The position numbers and the translations under genes are program-made. A DNA stretch of 32,000 nt. Origin: Bellilinea caldifistulae. GTDB taxonomy: Bacteria > Chloroflexota > Anaerolineae > Anaerolineales > Anaerolineaceae. Shown here one piece after another: positions 26,872 to 32,000 of this stretch. The stretch spans positions 1 through 32,000 of the forward strand of contig NZ_LGHJ01000010.1 of the NCBI RefSeq assembly GCF_001306055.1, written 5' to 3'. Positions within the stretch are counted from its first letter, which is position 1, and the number at the start of each line of letters is the position of its first letter. Below the pieces are notes generated by a model. That model saw only the letters and a program-made list of their open reading frames with translations, was not told where the DNA came from and searched no databases.

Positions 26872-27033
26872 AGTGCACCTCTTTCATGTAGTTTCTCCCT
26901 GCTTCCCCTGTGGACCGTTGCCTCTGTTGGGTGAGTGTGTTGACCGGGGAAAGGGCCTGGGTTTTTGAGCGGTAGAAGGGTCGCCTTACATCAGCCTTCT
27001 GTTTTGCTCTTTCCTCTAAAACAGGATACGGGA

Positions 27034-27333
27034 TCAGGCTACATGGTATTCTTCCGGCAGGGATTGCATGTATTCGGTAAGAAAGACCCGTTCCTGTTCG
27101 GTCAACTCGGTTTTTAAGGCGTGGGCAAGAGCTCCTTTCAGAGCGCGCTCCCAACATTGGCGATCCTCGTGGACGTACGCGCCTCGACCGGCAAGTTTCC
27201 CCGTAGGGTCAATCTGCACGCCTTGCGGGGTACGGACGATCCGAATAAGCGCTCTTTTTGCCATCACCTGACGGCAGCCCACACAAGTGCGCTGGGGAAT
27301 GTGTTTCGTTCGTTGGACTGGTTTCCTGGCCAC
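27034..27333 (-). CDS. ylxR: YlxR/RnpM (DUF448) family RNA-binding protein
   Basis: PQRTCVGCRQ...L.RIV and GRGAYVH motifs. It sits between nusA and infB. GTG start. Confidence 0.85.
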   Translation of the reverse strand: MARKPVQRTKHIPQRTCVGCRQVMAKRALIRIVRTPQGVQIDPTGKLAGRGAYVHEDRQCWERALKGALAHALKTELTEQERVFLTEYMQSLPEEYHVA

Positions 27334-27363
27334 CTTTCCTACTCTAATTTAATCTGCACCGTT

Positions 27364-29304
27364 TTATTCATCCCAATCCCAACCACCATCTCCGCGGCGG
27401 TGCTTTTTACGGATGATGATTGTATCGCGGTCGGGGTCATACTCAATCTGGGTGTGTTTCTTTTTCTTTTTACCCTTTTTCTTCTCTTTGCGGGTGGAAA
27501 TTCCTTCGCTTTCTTCCTCATCCTCAAAGAGGGCTTCATCCACGGGTGTCAATTTCAGGTCGAAGATCTGTTCAAAGGACGGTTCTTCTTCCTCGGTGGT
27601 TTCTTCAAACCTGGATTCAGTTTCGGTTTCTGCCCTGGCAGCCTCGACTTCCAATTCTGGTTCAATTGCCTCGATGAACGGCTCCACCTCCGCAAGAGGT
27701 TGCGGGGCACTTTCTGCGATGGTTACGATCTCTTCGGCAGGTTCGATGGTTTCCGGCAACGGCTGCGGCGCTTCTTCAACGGTTGCCTGTGCGGCCTTCT
27801 CGGCTTCCATTTGGGCGTCCAGTTTTTCCATGAGTTTGTGGATTTCTTGCATGGCACGCGGGCCAATGCCGTTCAAACGCAGGATCTCATCCGGCGCAAT
27901 CTTCATCTGAACAGCCATTTCCCCAACCGTGCTGTAGCCGGCTTCCTGCAGGATGTAGGCAACATGCTCCGGTAAACCGCTGTCCAGAATGTTGATGTTG
28001 AAGGAGTCGGCGGGCACCTGCGCTTTGGCCTGTGAAAACAGGTCTTCGCTGACCTTTTCGGCCTCGGGACGGCGGGTCATGCGGCGTTCTACCCGGTCAA
28101 CAAAGCGCGCCATCAAATCGTATTCTTCCGGCTGCAAGGGACGTCCTTCTGCTTTGCGGGCAAGCATATCTTCCACCTTGCGCATCGTCTCGGCTTCCTG
28201 AGCGGCCAGTTCGGCAAGGCTTTCGTCTTTTTGCAGTTTGTAGAGAGCATCGGCAGCGGCTTCGGGCAGGCTTTTGATATCAATGCGCCAGCCGGTCAAT
28301 TTGGCAGCCAGCCGGGCATTTTGTCCATCTCGCCCAATTGCCAGACTTAACTGGTCTTCGGGCACGACGACGGTAGCCGTTTTGCCGCTGGATTGCTGCT
28401 CGTTGAGGTAAACCCCGCTGACGCGGGCCGGGCTGATGGCTTTGGCGATGAAAACGGCCGGGTCGGGATTCCATTCAATGACGTCAATTTTTTCATCGTG
28501 CAGTTCACGGACGATGGCCTGGATACGCACACCGCGGATGCCGACACAGGCTCCCACGGGGTCAATGCCGCTTTGGGTAGCCGAAACAGCAACTTTAGCG
28601 CGTTCACCCGGTTCACGGGCAATCGAGCGAATCTCAACGACGCCGTGGTAAATTTCGGGGACTTCGTTTTCCAGCAGTCGGCGCAGAAAATTGCGGTGAG
28701 TGCGCGAAAGGATGATCTGTGGGCCGCGGTTGTTGTCCTTGACTTCGGCCACCAGGGCGCGCACGCGGTCGTGAATGCGGAAACGCTCGCCGGGGATCAT
28801 TTCTTTGCGAGGCATGGTGCCTTCGGCTTTCATTTCCAGACCAATGGTCAGCCCTTGCGCGCTGACGGCCTGCACCACGCCACTGACAATTTCGCCCAGT
28901 TGTTTCTGGTAATAATTCAACTGTGCCTGACGTTCGGCGTCGCGGATACGCTGCTGAATCACCTGCCGGGCGGTTTGTGCAGCCACACGCCCAAAATCGC
29001 GCGGGGTGGTCTCGACAACAATCATGCCGCCCAGCTGCGCATTTGGGTCAATTTTACGGGCTTCTTCAAGGCTTACCTCGGTGCGCGGGTCTTCCACTTC
29101 CTCGACGATTTCTTTTTCGGCAAAGATGGTTACTTTACCGGTTTCAATGTCTATTTTGGCTTCGACATGTTGGGCGTTGGAAGCATTCACCGCACGGCGG
29201 TATGCCGAAACCATCGCCGATTCGAGCGCTTTGAGAATCACTTCTTTTGGAAGTTGTTTTTCTTCCAGGACTTCATTGAACGCCAGGGTAAATTCGTTCT
29301 TCAT
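27364..29304 (-). CDS. nusA: Transcription termination/antitermination factor NusA with long C-terminal extension
   Basis: NusA N-domain, S1 (GEIVSGVV...) and KH1/KH2 ([34 protein letters not shown]) occupy the first ~350 aa. About 300 further aa follow: an HhH-like segment, an acidic low-complexity region, [12 protein letters not shown], and the terminal GGWDWDE. Confidence 0.9.
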   Translation of the reverse strand: MKNEFTLAFNEVLEEKQLPKEVILKALESAMVSAYRRAVNASNAQHVEAKIDIETGKVTIFAEKEIVEEVEDPRTEVSLEEARKIDPNAQLGGMIVVETTPRDFGRVAAQTARQVIQQRIRDAERQAQLNYYQKQLGEIVSGVVQAVSAQGLTIGLEMKAEGTMPRKEMIPGERFRIHDRVRALVAEVKDNNRGPQIILSRTHRNFLRRLLENEVPEIYHGVVEIRSIAREPGERAKVAVSATQSGIDPVGACVGIRGVRIQAIVRELHDEKIDVIEWNPDPAVFIAKAISPARVSGVYLNEQQSSGKTATVVVPEDQLSLAIGRDGQNARLAAKLTGWRIDIKSLPEAAADALYKLQKDESLAELAAQEAETMRKVEDMLARKAEGRPLQPEEYDLMARFVDRVERRMTRRPEAEKVSEDLFSQAKAQVPADSFNINILDSGLPEHVAYILQEAGYSTVGEMAVQMKIAPDEILRLNGIGPRAMQEIHKLMEKLDAQMEAEKAAQATVEEAPQPLPETIEPAEEIVTIAESAPQPLAEVEPFIEAIEPELEVEAARAETETESRFEETTEEEEPSFEQIFDLKLTPVDEALFEDEEESEGISTRKEKKKGKKKKKHTQIEYDPDRDTIIIRKKHRRGDGGWDWDE

Positions 29305-29341
29305 GCTTCAACTTTCTCCAGATAGTTGCGGTTACTAAGCA

Positions 29342-29366
29342 GAAAAGTGGGGGTTGCCCACTTTTC
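29342..29366 (-). promoter_or_regulatory. Strong hairpin in the nusA 5' leader (possible attenuator or stabiliser)
   Basis: Perfect 10-bp stem GAAAAGTGGG / CCCACTTTTC with a 5-nt loop, between the predicted promoter and the nusA SD. On the transcript it is followed by UGCUUAGU, an interrupted U tract. Confidence 0.5.
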
Positions 29367-29400
29367 GATGCGGTCCTCTTTCTTTTGCCTTGCGACTTTG

Positions 29401-29429
29401 ATTTTATCACAGGTTTTGTTAACAGGCAA
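29401..29429 (-). promoter_or_regulatory. Candidate nusA operon promoter with extended -10
   Basis: On the minus strand, TTGCCT (29429..29424), a 17-nt spacer, then TGATAAAAT (the -10 TAAAAT is 29406..29401 and is preceded by TGA). Confidence 0.5.
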
Positions 29430-29460
29430 GAAATTTTACTTAATGATTCGATTAAAACTT

Positions 29461-29490
29461 TTGACAAATTACCATTCTCTCGGGTATCCT
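29461..29490 (+). promoter_or_regulatory. Candidate promoter for the alpha/beta hydrolase gene
   Basis: TTGACA (29461-29466), an 18-nt spacer, then TATCCT (29485-29490). SD GGGAGGGA and ATG 29514 follow. Confidence 0.45.
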
Positions 29491-29513
29491 TAAATTACAC
29501 ACGGGAGGGATCC

Positions 29514-30365
29514 ATGACAATCATCGAAGATACCTGGGTCAAAGTTGATCATTTGAACATTCACCTCTATACTGCCGGTGAGGAGGGTGAAACAATTGTA
29601 TTATTGCATGGCGGTGGTCTTGATTCGGCCTGGCTTTCCTGGCAGCCGGTCATTCTGGCGCTTTCCACTCGCTTTCGGGTGATTGCTCCCGACCTGCCCG
29701 GTTACGGTAAGAGTGATACTCCACAAATTGATTACACACTGGATTACTACATTGACTTCGTAAGACGGCTGCTGGATCAATTGGATGTGGAGCGGCCAAC
29801 GCTGGCAGGAATTTCGATGGGTGGCGGAATTGCTATCGGTTTTGCATTGGCACACCCCCAGCGAGTCAACCGGCTGGTGCCGGTGGATAGTTACGGTATC
29901 CAGCGCAAATACCCGGGCGGATTATGGGGATATTACCTGGTACGGATGGAGTGGCTGAACCGCTTTTCGTGGTGGTTGCTGGGACGCAACCGGGCTTTAA
30001 CCCGTGCGTCCTTACAGCAAATCATGTATGACCCAAATGCCCTGTCCGATGATCTGATCAACGAGGTGTATGAAGAGATCCGACGTCCCCGGGCAGGCAT
30101 GGCCTTTCGTTCTTTTCAGCGTCATGAAGTTCTTCGCGACGGTGTGCGTACCTGTTATCTGGATCGCTTGAAGGAAATTCAGGCTGAAACGTTATTCATA
30201 CATGGGGAAAATGACCGTTTGGTGCCGGTGGAGTGTGCTCGAGAAGCCCACGCCAGGCTCCCCGGTTCGCGGCTGGAGGTCATACCGGCTTGCGGGCACT
30301 GGCCGCAGCGCGAAAAACCGGATGAGTTTAATCGGATTTTGCTGGATTTTCTGCAAACTTCCTGA
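29514..30365 (+). CDS. Alpha/beta-fold hydrolase
   Basis: HGGGLDS (oxyanion region), nucleophile elbow GISMGGG, and the C-terminal catalytic His context CGHWPQREKP. ATG 29514 with SD is preferred over the track start 29385. Confidence 0.8.
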   Translation: MTIIEDTWVKVDHLNIHLYTAGEEGETIVLLHGGGLDSAWLSWQPVILALSTRFRVIAPDLPGYGKSDTPQIDYTLDYYIDFVRRLLDQLDVERPTLAGISMGGGIAIGFALAHPQRVNRLVPVDSYGIQRKYPGGLWGYYLVRMEWLNRFSWWLLGRNRALTRASLQQIMYDPNALSDDLINEVYEEIRRPRAGMAFRSFQRHEVLRDGVRTCYLDRLKEIQAETLFIHGENDRLVPVECAREAHARLPGSRLEVIPACGHWPQREKPDEFNRILLDFLQTS

Positions 30366-30402
30366 TCAATCCGACCATTCCAAAAAAGAACAGGATAATA
30401 AA

Positions 30403-32000
30403 ATGGACAATCAGTATCTTTGGTGGCGAGATGGGGTCATTTATCAGATTTATCCGCGTTCCTTTGCGGATAGCAATGGTGATGGAATTGGTGATTTGAA
30501 CGGCATCCGCAGCCGTCTGGATTATCTGGCGGAATTGGGGGTGGATGCTATCTGGCTTTCGCCGATTAATCCATCGCCGGATGTGGACTTTGGCTATGAC
30601 GTCAGTAATTATCTCGATATTGATCCGAAATTCGGGACGCTGGCTGATTTTGATGCGCTGGTTGATGAGGCGCATCGGCGCGGCATTCGGATTGTTTTGG
30701 ATTTGGTGCTGAATCACACCTCGGATCAGCATCCCTGGTTTATTCAGTCGCGCAGCAGCCGGGATAATCCCTTTCGGGATTATTACCTGTGGCGTGATCC
30801 GGCTGCGGATGGCGGCCCTCCCAATAACTGGCAATCCATTTTTGGCGGAAGTGCATGGGAATGGGATGCTCAAACCGGCCAGTACTACTATCACATGTTT
30901 TACAAAGAACAACCGGATGTCAACTGGCGAAACCCGCCAGTGCGCAAGGCGCTGCTGGATGTATTCCGTTTTTGGTGCGACCGCGGGGTGGATGGCTACC
31001 GGCTGGATGTTTTCAATATGTATTTCAAGCATCCTGATTTTCCGGATAATCCGCCGGCGGTGGGTTTACGCGGTTTTGACCGCCAAAAGCACATTTACGA
31101 TTGTGATCAGCCGGAGATGTTTCCCCTGCTACGGGAGATTCGCGCCATCCTCGATTCATATCCGGAGCGGTTTGCCGTCGGGGAAACCTTCCTTTCTACC
31201 CCCCAGAAAGCAGCATCTTACTGCGCTGCTGGCTTGCTGCACACCACCTTCGATTTTACCTTCCTGCATTCCCCATGGAAGCCGGCACGCTTTTTGAAGG
31301 CGATTCAGGATTGGGAGCAGGCCTTGCAGCAGGAGGGCTGGCCAACCTACGTGCTGAATAATCACGACAACCCGCGATCAGCTACTCGTTACGGCCAGGG
31401 TGAGGATGACAACCGCCTGCAAGTGGCAGCCGCCCTGCTCCTGACCCAACATGGGACGCCTTTTCTTTACTACGGTGAGGAAATTGGGATGCGTGACATT
31501 CCCATCACTCGTGAAATGGTACAAGATCCAGTGGGTAAGCGTTTTTGGCCGCTTTATAAAGGGCGCGATGGGTGTCGTTCGCCGATGCAGTGGAATGACA
31601 GCCCCAATGCCGGTTTTAGCACCGGAAAACCGTGGTTGCCCGTCCACGCCAATTACCGGCAACGCAATGTCTCAGCTCAGCAAAATCAACCGGATTCCCT
31701 GTACCACTTTTACCGCAAGTTGATTCAGCTGCGCAAGGAATACCCGGTGTTGAGAAATGGTTTCTTCCAGCCTCTGACGTTTGAACCCCAGCGGTTACTG
31801 GCTTACCTGCGTCAAAATGCCGACCAAACCATTCTGGTTGCGCTCAATTTTGGTAAACGCCCGGTACGCCTGGCGTTGGGCGGCATGGTGCGGCGCGCAA
31901 GTTGGAAATTGCTTTTGTCCAACCGACGCGACCATTTGCCGCCGTTGAAGGACGGTTTGTTGCTTCCGCTGGAAGGCCACGAAGTCTTGATTCTGCTGCA
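30403..32000 (+). CDS. GH13 alpha-glucosidase / oligo-1,6-glucosidase family, 3' end beyond window
   Basis: It is absent from the ORF track because there is no stop in the window. My translation from ATG 30403 is open to nt 32000: MDNQYLWWRDGVIYQIYPRSFADSNGDGIGDL..., DLVLNHTS, GVDGYRLDVF (nucleophile Asp), VGETF (acid/base Glu), NHDNPR. Confidence 0.9.
   Translation, partial: MDNQYLWWRDGVIYQIYPRSFADSNGDGIGDLNGIRSRLDYLAELGVDAIWLSPINPSPDVDFGYDVSNYLDIDPKFGTLADFDALVDEAHRRGIRIVLDLVLNHTSDQHPWFIQSRSSRDNPFRDYYLWRDPAADGGPPNNWQSIFGGSAWEWDAQTGQYYYHMFYKEQPDVNWRNPPVRKALLDVFRFWCDRGVDGYRLDVFNMYFKHPDFPDNPPAVGLRGFDRQKHIYDCDQPEMFPLLREIRAILDSYPERFAVGETFLSTPQKAASYCAAGLLHTTFDFTFLHSPWKPARFLKAIQDWEQALQQEGWPTYVLNNHDNPRSATRYGQGEDDNRLQVAAALLLTQHGTPFLYYGEEIGMRDIPITREMVQDPVGKRFWPLYKGRDGCRSPMQWNDSPNAGFSTGKPWLPVHANYRQRNVSAQQNQPDSLYHFYRKLIQLRKEYPVLRNGFFQPLTFEPQRLLAYLRQNADQTILVALNFGKRPVRLALGGMVRRASWKLLLSNRRDHLPPLKDGLLLPLEGHEVLILL

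Noticed and set aside
26861-27157. 98-aa minus-strand ORF spanning the ylxR-infB spacer
   Set aside because: It overlaps the 3' third of ylxR out of frame and the infB start. It has no SD and its composition is Arg/Ser/Pro-rich in the way of an off-frame translation.
27121-29325. Two long plus-strand ORFs (27121-27975, 284 aa; 28393-29325, 310 aa)
   Set aside because: Both are antisense to nusA and ylxR. The translations are low-complexity (runs of F/L/G, e.g. [14 protein letters not shown]) that mirror the Lys/Glu-rich NusA tail. There is no SD and no recognisable domain.
30328-31032. 234-aa minus-strand ORF
   Set aside because: It is antisense to the GH13 alpha-glucosidase. The GH13 frame is open from 30403 to the window end and contains all catalytic motifs.
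1-32000. Scanned intergenic regions for CRISPR repeats, tRNA-like T-loop (GGTTCGAAT) signatures and long direct repeats
   Set aside because: None seen by eye. All spacers over 60 nt are accounted for by promoters, leaders or terminators, or are listed as findings. A computational repeat and tRNA scan would be needed to be certain.

Overview
The window reads as a mostly housekeeping chromosomal segment from a moderately GC-rich bacterium. Gene content and T-box use fit a Chloroflexota/Anaerolineae-like organism, but that is inference only. I saw no CRISPR array, tRNA/rRNA gene, defence island or prophage.

Contents in order:
- (1) 3' part of an IS5/IS1182-like transposase cut by the window edge, followed by about 466 nt with no convincing gene.
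- (2) Minus-strand GH1 beta-glucosidase tightly coupled to a ClC-CBS-TrkA_C chloride channel.
- (3) Plus-strand trio with overlapping stops and starts: CinA-C/PncC-like, MGDG-synthase-like GT28, and a PNP_UDP_1 nucleosidase.
- (4) A complete System I cytochrome c maturation cluster in the order ccmE-ccmF-ccmH-ccmG-[TM + zinc-ribbon protein]-[membrane-anchored diheme cytochrome c]-ccmA-ccmB-ccmC-ccmD. ccmD is a 55-aa ORF absent from the ORF track.
- (5) A perfect bidirectional terminator.
- (6) A minus-strand trpS-trpB2 operon behind a clear Trp (UGG) T-box leader. Its promoter overlaps back-to-back with the promoter of an inorganic pyrophosphatase gene.
- (7) A DinB/ClbS-like protein and a thioredoxin-like protein.
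- (8) A long minus-strand run: nusA-ylxR-infB-rbfA-nrnA-truB-ribF-thyX.
- (9) An alpha/beta hydrolase and a GH13 alpha-glucosidase that runs off the 3' edge; it is also missing from the ORF track because it has no stop in the window.

The most interesting points:
- The variant CcmE (CxxxY instead of HxxxY) co-occurs with a bona fide CcmH.
- Two uncharacterised membrane proteins sit inside the ccm cluster.
- The T-box appears to couple TrpRS with TrpB2.
- ThyX is a tandem-domain protein whose two halves carry complementary halves of the ThyX motif.
- NusA has an approximately 300-aa C-terminal extension.

Nothing here convincingly amounts to a wholly new system. The findings are scored accordingly.
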